This document shows, piece after piece, positions 30,101 to 38,508 of a stretch of DNA of 41,953 bases. The notes beneath the pieces were generated by a model that saw only the letters and a program-made list of their open reading frames with translations, had not been told where the DNA came from and did no database searches. Every line of letters begins with the position of its first letter. Positions within the stretch are counted from its first letter, which is position 1. A program made the translations under genes and the position numbers. Source of the stretch: Bacilli bacterium (GTDB lineage Bacteria > Bacillota_I > Bacilli_A > RFN20 > CAG-826); the NCBI GenBank assembly GCA_024696885.1, contig JAILGI010000038.1, positions 1 through 41,953 on the forward strand, read 5' to 3'.

Positions 30101-32092
30101 AAATATCAACAAATACGTTACATCTTTGAACTGGTTCCGTTATCGAAATTAATTAGACCTAAAGTGGCCCTTTTCTACTTTGATGAAAGGCCGGAAAATA
30201 TTGAAGATTTAACTATTAATGACAGTGATAATCCTTCCCTAACTTCACAATTATTTAAAATAATTGATACTTATTCTGAACAATCAACCTGTTTTACTTA
30301 TGATGATTACGATAGAGTTAGCTATATCGCTGTTCGTGACAACAATACCGAACTCATTACTTACACACAACTGCAACAATATGATTCTTTTAATCGATTA
30401 ACAAATGTGAGATATTCTAACTTCGGAAAAACCGTGGAAACTCTTATCTCATATGCAAGTGAAATGGGTGACACTATATCCGAAATAACTCAAAGGGTTT
30501 ATTTCACAACAACAAATTATAGTTTTATTAGTGAAGAATCCACTCTCGACCCTCTTAAACGCATCTCCAATCTCAATCAAATTGATAATGGGGAATACGA
30601 GCTAAATAAAGACTATAATTATCATTCCTCAAATAACAAAACTAGTGTTTATCCTTATCGCATTGATTATTCCTATACTGATAATAACAATACATCCATC
30701 TTACAAAAATCTTATTACATTACATATAATGCATTAGCAAATATCACCTCTATTAAAGAAGGTAATACATCTAGCCCAACTCCATTAACAGGAAGTGATT
30801 ATGTCTACGATAATCTTAATCAATTAACTGAGGAGATTAATTATCAATCCAACATCGAATCTAGATTAGTCTATTCTTACGATAATAATGGCAATATCAC
30901 CTCGGTTAATAAATATGATTTGAATAATAATCTCATCTCAAGTGATACCTATTCATATCATTCTTATTACAAAGATTTATTAATCTCATTTAACAATAAC
31001 TCCATTACCTATGATGATGCTTTAAATCCCATTTCTTATAATGGAATGACTTTTGCATATTCTAATCGAAACAAACTCATCTCATTTACTAAGAATAACG
31101 TTACCTATAATTACAAATATAACTATAACGGTATAAGAACTGAAAAGACTGTTGATAACATCTTGAAAGTTAAATATGTCTTAGATGGTAATCGCATCAT
31201 CAAAGAAGAAAGACAAGACCTAGTTAATAACACAAACATTAATCTCATCTATTTATATGGCCAACAGGGATTAATGGGTATTATCAAAGATGAAACGTTA
31301 TATCGAGTTATTACTAATGTTCTTGGTGATATTACTTATATCTATCAAGGAGATACCTTATTAGCCCATTATGTCTATGATGCTTATGGCAATCATAAAG
31401 TATTGGATTCTAACAATAATGAAATCACAAATCCAACCCATATTGGTCTATTAAACCCATTTAGATATCGTGGTTATTATTTTGATCAAGAATCTGGCCT
31501 ATATTACTGTAATGCAAGATATTATTATCCTGTTTGGAGAAGATGGTTAACACCTGATCATTATTCTTATTTAGACAACAAATCACTCATCGGTATTAAT
31601 CTATTTGCATATTGTAAGAATAATCCGGTGATGTTATATGATCCGGAGGGGAATAGTTCATTGCTTGTTGGCATAATTATTATAGTTGCTTTTTCAATTT
31701 TATTTCTTCATTCAGACACAAAGCACAAATACGAAAACTACTATGATAAAGGATATATGGGTCATGAAAAAATTACCTTATCTACTGGTAACGATATTTA
31801 CTATTATATTTCTGATGTTGAAGACCATAATGGTATTAAGCGCAAAAATCTTAAAATTTTTAATTCATATTATTATTCCGAAAAAGAAATTGATGAATTA
31901 CTTGACTATTTGATTCGTGATGGTTATGAAATTAATATAAAAATAGTTAAAAACGAATGGGAATGGCATAAAATAGCATTTGAATATGGGATTGACCAAC
32001 GCAATACTGCATCGGTTGATTCGTATTTCGATGCTTACGATGATACTCATGGTTTTTGGTCTTGGTTTATGAAAACGTTTAGGTGGTTTTGA
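27179..32092 (+). CDS. RHS/YD-repeat protein (polymorphic toxin)
   Basis: YD repeats; core YVYDAYG, NPFRYRGYYFDQESGLYYCNARYY and NPVMLYDPEG; 146-aa C-terminal extension. Confidence 0.93.
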   Translation: MAEIVNQTVNATTFSNTSGTGGHSNHFKLNRTTPISVIFSSFSISRGSVVNKCLLYFKIPSEIVDPYRIKISYRSQNTSNDIEDIDVGDYKEISSSEKYLVFDISDAFPRVHKSSMTFELELITNDQNDNSVYYFEKTPVPYLDISYNRPFAFLENQKVLKDDIGEDMSYSINLNSGLLTFKKRLFNDVLPYPLELTYDDYSNSRYHNLPYRFKLSILERINFLNNNPKTYVDGEYKYYSLKKTSKSGIYYFDEYGSGLILEPLSNGNYKLFVDSNNGYKLFNSDGYLIKIVDEFGREINIAYTQPFSKNHGENDETIEEDETRLPSFYTITITDYLGFSVVIEEKPLNGTITIKDSSSNILQTINYTSPSSKLTIIKESNDTKETTISYDTNNGRLSSINEYSLYSVLFGYDDVMEKPISVTHKYNGQTLKTYSFDYGSMRTDVTDNHGVRMRYLFDEKERLVTSGEVKDNQVHFASFNSYDEFNKYSASLDKMRGISFKTNQIPQQGVNTFNLNIYSYSYDYGFILKGGKYYLLLLQISKDYDELLRYKTNVPTVTMTCGGITTTLECRSNERNGVALTRFYLASDHDMSSANPGLTMSISFFQDGNINHHFGFSVKIIECKGYMSDYYLGLNNSEPSLNKPSFFSTVINGQYYHSLTFKDLTANYYNKNRGKPFFWDNDKHTLVYAPTYPSEYLYCDGVLGALIAIFADTLSTVTLDAIVNHFSSVQRCDIDSTLFGVKTVVKYVTDYTAQLGYYPIVRLYYIRLFTDYALIYNKTFTKNNTYLKTSKYDYYSRLLKTVDENDNFVEYTYDNYDNVLSKKEGKEQYSNYIEVTNAYDSLYRMTSMSTTIDNIIQTSSLQYTSFFRTPSSSTNANNVTKYYSFDLDHRNITSVSCGNSSIDSDYTYSNLDTVSNDSEINLPRDSKNLSSGYNVLFGNNQYKQVLTVTNTVGGVSDSVSEQYLNKLLVRYGNNKYQQIRYIFELVPLSKLIRPKVALFYFDERPENIEDLTINDSDNPSLTSQLFKIIDTYSEQSTCFTYDDYDRVSYIAVRDNNTELITYTQLQQYDSFNRLTNVRYSNFGKTVETLISYASEMGDTISEITQRVYFTTTNYSFISEESTLDPLKRISNLNQIDNGEYELNKDYNYHSSNNKTSVYPYRIDYSYTDNNNTSILQKSYYITYNALANITSIKEGNTSSPTPLTGSDYVYDNLNQLTEEINYQSNIESRLVYSYDNNGNITSVNKYDLNNNLISSDTYSYHSYYKDLLISFNNNSITYDDALNPISYNGMTFAYSNRNKLISFTKNNVTYNYKYNYNGIRTEKTVDNILKVKYVLDGNRIIKEERQDLVNNTNINLIYLYGQQGLMGIIKDETLYRVITNVLGDITYIYQGDTLLAHYVYDAYGNHKVLDSNNNEITNPTHIGLLNPFRYRGYYFDQESGLYYCNARYYYPVWRRWLTPDHYSYLDNKSLIGINLFAYCKNNPVMLYDPEGNSSLLVGIIIIVAFSILFLHSDTKHKYENYYDKGYMGHEKITLSTGNDIYYYISDVEDHNGIKRKNLKIFNSYYYSEKEIDELLDYLIRDGYEINIKIVKNEWEWHKIAFEYGIDQRNTASVDSYFDAYDDTHGFWSWFMKTFRWF

Positions 32093-33168
32093 TGAATAAA
32101 AAAAAGTATATAAGCTTAACAATCGTTTTAATTCTTTTGTTTATATATGCAGGCGTTCGCATTTTAATTTCCATTTCATTAAAAGAAGGACCATTTCATT
32201 ATATATCTATGGTCGATACTATTAACCCTTTAAAATATATACATGTTGAAGACAATCTATACCTATACTTAGATGGTGGGCTCTATTCTCTCGAAAAAGA
32301 AAACATTAAATTATATCGAAGTTTTAATAGTTCATTTGCCTGCTATGATAATGGCAAATTTTATTATGGTCGAACTGGAATTAAGCCCACCCCCACTTAT
32401 TTTTATGACATTTCAACCGGAGAACAAGGAACGATTGATATTTCTTATTTGGACTTTGTTTACAACAATAAAGGCTTTGGATTAGAATTCAATAAAAAAG
32501 AAGATGGATTTAAACATATTAAAAAGTATGATTTGACAACAACGCAAGTGGAAGAATGTGATTTAGTATGGAATTATAATATGTTTATTAAGATTTACGA
32601 TATCTATTGTTATATTGATCGCACCCCATGTATTTTCAAAATTGATAATATCGATTCGTGTGTTTGCCTCGATATTGAAAATTTAAAAAATGAATGGATA
32701 TTTGTTTGGAAAGACGGATGCTGGAACACTGGTTTATATTTATTTGATATAGATATGAAATTGCTTTCTAAAAAGATTATTGGTAACAAGTTTTATGCTT
32801 CGATAACCACGAAAACGTTTAATGGAAAATGTTCCACGTACGATGAAATGTGTATTTGTCGTTACGGAGAAACAAAGATTATTAGTTACGATATTACCAC
32901 TAATAAAATGGAAGAAATAATGATATTGCCATCTCGAGATGTTCCGTTTTATTACAATGGGGAAATGTTGCTTCATTACTATGAAGGAAACATTTATAAT
33001 AACGAATTATTATTTAAAGAAGTGGATTTAATTAAAGAAGGAAAAGAACATTACCAAAAAGATGAAATGCCGGGAGAAGAAGACTTTATACATAAATACT
33101 ATTTTGACTATATAAATAACAAGATTTTTTATTTTGATTTAAAATCTTTCAATACCATTAATTTGTAA
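32092..33168 (+). CDS. Putative immunity protein, membrane-anchored
   Basis: TGATG overlap with the RHS stop; N-terminal TM helix; Cys- and Tyr-rich. Function inferred from position. Confidence 0.6.
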   Translation: MNKKKYISLTIVLILLFIYAGVRILISISLKEGPFHYISMVDTINPLKYIHVEDNLYLYLDGGLYSLEKENIKLYRSFNSSFACYDNGKFYYGRTGIKPTPTYFYDISTGEQGTIDISYLDFVYNNKGFGLEFNKKEDGFKHIKKYDLTTTQVEECDLVWNYNMFIKIYDIYCYIDRTPCIFKIDNIDSCVCLDIENLKNEWIFVWKDGCWNTGLYLFDIDMKLLSKKIIGNKFYASITTKTFNGKCSTYDEMCICRYGETKIISYDITTNKMEEIMILPSRDVPFYYNGEMLLHYYEGNIYNNELLFKEVDLIKEGKEHYQKDEMPGEEDFIHKYYFDYINNKIFYFDLKSFNTINL

Positions 33169-33179
33169 AGGAATAAGGC

Positions 33180-34370
33180 ATGAAAATTTTAATGATTTGC
33201 CAGTTTTATTATCCCGAGAACTTTGTTATAACAAAAATCGCGGAAAAGATAGCCTCTTTTGGTCATGATGTAACCGTTTTAACTGGTAAACCAAATTATG
33301 GATATGGTTATATCCTTCCAGAATATAAAGATGTATCTCACGAAGTAATAAACAATGTCAAAGTGGAAAGAGTGAATCTCAAACCGAGAGAACAAACTCG
33401 TAAATCCATTATTAAAAACTACCTTTCCTTTTGGAAAGCATCTAAAAAATGGGTGAGAAAAACAAAAGAAAAGTTCGATATTGTTTATTCCATGTCTTTA
33501 TCCCCAGTGACTATCTTGGCGGCGGGTAATGTCTATAAGAAAAAGCACAAAGTTCCTCATGTTGTTCATTGTGTGGATCTTTGGCCTGAATCAGTTTTAG
33601 TCACTCATGCGGTAAAAAAGAAATCATTAACTTATAAGCTTTTGTATAAATGGTCTAGGTCACTTTATAAAAAAGCGGACGAAGTATTAATTGGTTCCCC
33701 ATCTTTTGAAACATATTTTAATGATGTTTTAAAACTACCAAGCATTCCAAAGGTATTTATTCCTCAACCAAGCTTAGTGGAGGAGAGCGATTTAGAACCT
33801 TATCAATATGAAAAAGATACATTCAATATTTTATATTGTGGTAATCTGGGCACCATTCAACAAATACCAATGATTGTTGATGCAATGAAAGCATTTAAAG
33901 GCACTAATGTTAAGTTCCATGTTATTGGCATGGGCCCATTATCTCAAACATTAGAAAAAGGAATTAAAGATAACCACTTAGAAGACAATTTGAAATACTA
34001 TGGTCCAATTCCCGCTTATAAGGCAAGTGCCTATTTCAAAAGTGCAGATGCATTATATGTCTCTTTAAAAGATGAGGGATATGTTGGTAAAACAATTCCC
34101 AATAAACTAGTTATGTCGATGGCATTTAAAAAGCCAATTCTCGCTATGTTAAATGGTGATGGGAAAGACATCTTAAAAGCCGCTGATGGAGCGGTATATT
34201 CCGAACAAAACGCATCTTCATTAACCGAGGCAATTAAAACAATTTCTTCAATGAGTAAAGAAGATTTAAGTAGGTTAGGAAATAACAATTATCAATATTA
34301 TAAAAACAATCTCACTGTGGAGACTGTTTCAAGAAAAATTGAACAAGAATTATTGAACAAAATTAGCTAA
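33180..34370 (+). CDS. GT4 glycosyltransferase (WbuB-like)
   Basis: MKILMICQFYYPE, VLTGKPNY, DLWPES, YCGNLG and TIPNK. Confidence 0.92.
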   Translation: MKILMICQFYYPENFVITKIAEKIASFGHDVTVLTGKPNYGYGYILPEYKDVSHEVINNVKVERVNLKPREQTRKSIIKNYLSFWKASKKWVRKTKEKFDIVYSMSLSPVTILAAGNVYKKKHKVPHVVHCVDLWPESVLVTHAVKKKSLTYKLLYKWSRSLYKKADEVLIGSPSFETYFNDVLKLPSIPKVFIPQPSLVEESDLEPYQYEKDTFNILYCGNLGTIQQIPMIVDAMKAFKGTNVKFHVIGMGPLSQTLEKGIKDNHLEDNLKYYGPIPAYKASAYFKSADALYVSLKDEGYVGKTIPNKLVMSMAFKKPILAMLNGDGKDILKAADGAVYSEQNASSLTEAIKTISSMSKEDLSRLGNNNYQYYKNNLTVETVSRKIEQELLNKIS

Positions 34371-35501
34371 GAAATCGGAAAGTTTTTTACCGATTTTTTC
34401 TATGGAATAAAGAGATAAGCACACTGTTCTAGCAGCATATGCCATCTTTTTTCTTTCTTCTGGAGACATCTTCAAAGCTTTGTCCATGGCTAAATATAAA
34501 TCTTCAACTTCACCAGATTGAGCCCAAATAGCGAGATTAGCAAATTTAGATTCTAGTTCTGTGTTTCTCACTGAGATAGTAACAGAATTGGAGGATAAAT
34601 ATTCTAATGTTTTACTAGGGATAGAAAGACGATCTAAATCCTGAGTAAATGGACGTGGATTGATGTTTGCAATTGCGTCTTTTTCAAGTTCTAAAACTTC
34701 TTTAACGGGAAGAGTGCCTAAATATTTTATTCTCGGTTCATTTCTAATGGCATTTTTAATGGCTTCTTCATCCGCGTGATGTCCACAAATAAGTAGAGAT
34801 ACTTTCTTATCTTCAATCTTCTTAAAGGCTTTGATTAAATTGTAAACGCCATAACGAGGAAGTAGTGCTCCACCGAAGAAGAAATATCTATTTTTGGTAT
34901 TTCTTTCTTCAATCTCTGATGATTCCACAACACCTTCAATGTTGATGTGTTCTTTATTCTCTTTATTAAAGAGCATGTTTAAACCTTCAGTTAAGGTGAT
35001 GAAACCATCTAATTTTGCACTTTGATTGAGAAGATACAAAGTATAAGAACGAGATGTACCTGTAATATTAGACGGTGAATCTGTACAAATACCAACCGCT
35101 GGATAATTAAACTTCTTGTGTAAATAATTAGCGGTTACGATGCATTTTGGATTGATTGTATCGGTCACGATTACTGCTTTTTCAAGTTTTAAATCGGATA
35201 ATAACTTTTTACTTTGCTTCTTAATGGAATGTAAACGTAAGAAACGATTCTTAGAAATGGATAAATAGTTATAAGTAATGTTTCCAATTTGTCTTCTTTG
35301 TGCGTTCAAAGATTTGACTGTGCAATTAGTATGAGAATACGGGCGAATTGAAATAACTTCCACTTCGTTATTTAAACTTAAAGCACGAATAATCTTGTTA
35401 TGGAAATTCTGGTTAGATGGATTTAAGGAAACTTTCCATAACTTATTAAATTCGTTATAGTCGTTTTCTTCTAAAGAAGTTGTGACGTATATAATTTTCA
35501 T
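34350..35501 (-). CDS. GT-B (GT4-like) glycosyltransferase
   Basis: FGGALLPRYGV and INPRP...SIPSKTLEYL. Confidence 0.85.
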   Translation of the reverse strand: MKIIYVTTSLEENDYNEFNKLWKVSLNPSNQNFHNKIIRALSLNNEVEVISIRPYSHTNCTVKSLNAQRRQIGNITYNYLSISKNRFLRLHSIKKQSKKLLSDLKLEKAVIVTDTINPKCIVTANYLHKKFNYPAVGICTDSPSNITGTSRSYTLYLLNQSAKLDGFITLTEGLNMLFNKENKEHINIEGVVESSEIEERNTKNRYFFFGGALLPRYGVYNLIKAFKKIEDKKVSLLICGHHADEEAIKNAIRNEPRIKYLGTLPVKEVLELEKDAIANINPRPFTQDLDRLSIPSKTLEYLSSNSVTISVRNTELESKFANLAIWAQSGEVEDLYLAMDKALKMSPEERKKMAYAARTVCLSLYSIEKIGKKLSDFLANFVQ

Positions 35502-36586
35502 TTCATTAAGTCCTTAATACATTTAATAGTAGTTTCCGCCATCATTTCAATAGTATTTTCTTTTGCGGTTTTAATTGCTTCAAGAGATGAACACTCTTTT
35601 AACTTATTGATTTTATCGATAATGTCCTTTTCATCATTTAATTTCACAACAAATCCATTGACGCCATCTTTAATAAGATGAGTGGAACCAATAACCTTAT
35701 CAGAAGATAAAACTGGTAAGCCCATCGCTAAGGCTTCGTTAGTGGTGTGTCCATAGATGTCTTCTTTTGATAAAGTGATAAATCCATCACATAAAGACAT
35801 AATCTTAAAAAGATTCTCTCTCTTTTCAAAAGGTCTAATGATGACGTTAGTAATATTGTTTTCAATTATAATCTTCTCGTAATTAGCTTTTTCTTTGCCT
35901 TCACCCACTAATAAAAGTGTGCCTTTGATTTGTTTGAAGAGCTTAATTAATTGTTCATTATTCTTTCTCTTGATGAACTGAGATGCGGCAATGTATAAAT
36001 CACCATTTGGGAGATTAAATGCTCTCCTCTCCGCCTCTTTTTCTTCTTTTGTTAATGGTTTAGCAATAATGTCACTGTCGTAAAGCGTGCTATAAACGTA
36101 GTGGGAAATCTTGTTTTTATCCGCTCCATAATAGAGTAAATATTCATCCGCTTCTTCACATGGAGAAAGATAATTAGCAGCGGAAGAAATATATTTAGCT
36201 TTATATTTTCTCTTAAGACTATTTTCCTTTTTAATAACACCGCCATTAATTAGAAGAGTGTAGGGGATATGTTTCTTATTTAAATATTTAATGGCTTTTA
36301 ATTCGGCAATCTTGCTATATCCATTCATGATAATTAAATCGAATTCTTGATGTCTTCTCTTAAGAATATTCTTTAATTCCGAACTAAAAGAATTCTCTTC
36401 GCCAAAAATACATTTGTTGATAATTGTGTATTTGAAGTTATATTCGTTGCAGTTATAAAAGGAATCAGGTCTATTCTTTGCCTTTTTTCTTTCGAAAATG
36501 ACTTCTAAATCAAAATGTTTAGCCAGTTCATTGAATAATCTCACCTTGTATGGTGCGGGATGGTTGAAGACAATCAAAACTTTCAT
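35498..36586 (-). CDS. GT4 glycosyltransferase
   Basis: MKVLIVFNHPAPYK and EDIYGHTTNEALAMGLPV. ATG 36586 preferred to 36625. Confidence 0.9.
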   Translation of the reverse strand: MKVLIVFNHPAPYKVRLFNELAKHFDLEVIFERKKAKNRPDSFYNCNEYNFKYTIINKCIFGEENSFSSELKNILKRRHQEFDLIIMNGYSKIAELKAIKYLNKKHIPYTLLINGGVIKKENSLKRKYKAKYISSAANYLSPCEEADEYLLYYGADKNKISHYVYSTLYDSDIIAKPLTKEEKEAERRAFNLPNGDLYIAASQFIKRKNNEQLIKLFKQIKGTLLLVGEGKEKANYEKIIIENNITNVIIRPFEKRENLFKIMSLCDGFITLSKEDIYGHTTNEALAMGLPVLSSDKVIGSTHLIKDGVNGFVVKLNDEKDIIDKINKLKECSSLEAIKTAKENTIEMMAETTIKCIKDLMK

Positions 36587-36631
36587 AAAATCAGTATACA
36601 AGCATGTCATAAAAAATGATATCATTTTTAT

Positions 36632-37306
36632 ATGCTAACAAAAATCAAGACTTGGAATGAATTTTTTAAACTCACGCAAGGAAAAGAATATTCTGTGCGT
36701 TTGCATAAATTTTTAGATGAGGAATATAGCGCATATACTTGTTATCCCCCTCGTCAGTTATTATTTAATGCTTTTAAATTAACACCTCTAGACAAAGTCA
36801 AAGTGGTGATTATTGGCCAAGATCCATATCATGAACCAGGCCAAGCTATGGGTTTGTCTTTCTCTGTTCCTAATGGCATAATGCCCCCTCCATCTTTAAT
36901 CAATATTTATAAAGAAATACAAGATGAGTATGACACCAAAATGGACCTAAATAATGGCGATTTAACGTATTTAGCTAAGCAAGGTGTCCTTCTTTTGAAC
37001 TCAGTTTTATCAGTAAGAGCCCATCTTCCACTTAGCCACAACATCGAAGAATATCGCATGTTCTTTGAAGACGTTTTAGAAGTGTTAGACCATCAAACTC
37101 AGCCAATTGTATTCCTTCTTTGGGGAGGAAATGCAAGAAGACTAAAAAAGAATCTTCATAATCCTTCACATTTAGTCTTAGAATGCGCCCACCCTTCACC
37201 CTTATCCGCGAATAGAGGTGGATGGTTTAAGAACAACCATTTCCGTTTAACTAACCAATATTTAAAAGAACATCATTTAAAACCAATTGAATGGTGCAAA
37301 CAATAG
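36632..37306 (+). CDS. ung: Uracil-DNA glycosylase
   Basis: GQDPYH, GLSFSV, GVLLLN and HPSPLS. Confidence 0.97.
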   Translation: MLTKIKTWNEFFKLTQGKEYSVRLHKFLDEEYSAYTCYPPRQLLFNAFKLTPLDKVKVVIIGQDPYHEPGQAMGLSFSVPNGIMPPPSLINIYKEIQDEYDTKMDLNNGDLTYLAKQGVLLLNSVLSVRAHLPLSHNIEEYRMFFEDVLEVLDHQTQPIVFLLWGGNARRLKKNLHNPSHLVLECAHPSPLSANRGGWFKNNHFRLTNQYLKEHHLKPIEWCKQ

Positions 37307-37310
37307 TTAT

Positions 37311-37405
37311 AAACTATCACTGGGAGCTGGGCAATAACCCGGCTGAGAGGAACCGTGTTCCGGTTCGACTAAACACCTGATCCAGGTAATGCTGGCGGAG
37401 GTTAC
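37311..37405 (+). promoter_or_regulatory. TPP riboswitch
   Basis: GGGAGC...GCTGAGA...ACCTGATCCAGGTAATGCTGGCGGAGG upstream of a ThiT homologue. Confidence 0.93.
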
Positions 37406-37447
37406 TATTTTTTTCCTCCGGGTGTTGTTTTAGGAGGATTTTTATTT

Positions 37448-38455
37448 ATGGAAGAAACAAGCCCAAAAAGAGAAGACAAATTATCATTATTTTTTAAGAA
37501 TTATGGATGGGTTATCTCTATCGTTTGTGGGATAATTTCAATTCTATTTTTATTAGGAGTTGTCGTCACCTACAAAGTTAAAATTGGCGACGATTCATTC
37601 TATTACAACGTTCATCTATTTGATTATTTAAAACATCAAAATAAATACGACTGGACAATGGATATGACACTTGGCTTTTTGCTTGGTGGTATCATCTGTG
37701 TGTCATTAAGAAAAGTCGTTAAAGACATTGGCACCGCTGGTGGATTATTCTTTGTTTTGGCGATCACTTCATTGGCCCTTTGCCGTGAATTTTATACGGA
37801 AAACGCCATTGAAAACCTCAAATCTGTGTCTTTAGGATGGGGCGCAGTGTGTTCAATTGCTTTTGCGATTGCCGCTGGTATTTTTGCGCTTTCAGATAAC
37901 TTTTCAAATAACCCAATTACTACCAGAGATATTGCTGAAGATGGCATTTTGATCGCTTCCGCATTTGTTTTAAATCTCATTAAGTTACCAATAGCTACCG
38001 GTGGAGGTTCCATCAATTTCCAAATGCTTCCATTGTACCTAATCGCTTTAAGACATGGACCAGCACATGGGTTAATTTGTGGCGGCATTGTTTATGGATT
38101 GATTACCTGCTTCACTGATGGTTGGGGATTTGCTACATATCCATTCGATTACCTAATCGGTTTTGGCAGTGTTATGGTAATGGGATTCTTCAAAAATCTC
38201 GTATTTCCTAAAGATACTAAAACATACAATTTCAAAGGTGAATTATTCCTCTTTATTTCCGCTGTCTTAGCGACTGCGGTTAGATTTATCGGATCCACCG
38301 CTTCTTCATCCATTGTTTATGGTTTAAAAATCATCCCCGCTATGCAATACAATGCGATATATATTCCTATAAGTGGTGCTATATCTCTTGCGGTTCTCAT
38401 GATTGCGTATGGACCATTAATTAAAATTAATAATCGCTATCCCGTGAATAAATAA
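37448..38455 (+). CDS. thiT: ECF thiamine S-component ThiT with N-terminal membrane extension
   Basis: From about aa 157: TRDIAEDGILIASAFVL, GGSI...MLP...ALRHG, FDY and YNAIY; downstream of a TPP riboswitch. Confidence 0.87.
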   Translation: MEETSPKREDKLSLFFKNYGWVISIVCGIISILFLLGVVVTYKVKIGDDSFYYNVHLFDYLKHQNKYDWTMDMTLGFLLGGIICVSLRKVVKDIGTAGGLFFVLAITSLALCREFYTENAIENLKSVSLGWGAVCSIAFAIAAGIFALSDNFSNNPITTRDIAEDGILIASAFVLNLIKLPIATGGGSINFQMLPLYLIALRHGPAHGLICGGIVYGLITCFTDGWGFATYPFDYLIGFGSVMVMGFFKNLVFPKDTKTYNFKGELFLFISAVLATAVRFIGSTASSSIVYGLKIIPAMQYNAIYIPISGAISLAVLMIAYGPLIKINNRYPVNK

Positions 38456-38508
38456 CTAAACAAACTCTAATTAATTTGATATATTAATTAGCAAGAGTTA
38501 TCAAAATT

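Noticed and set aside
1209-38088. Short 60-100 aa ORFs nested in or antisense to long genes
   Set aside because: Shadow ORFs of well-supported CDSs, with no motifs or start signals.
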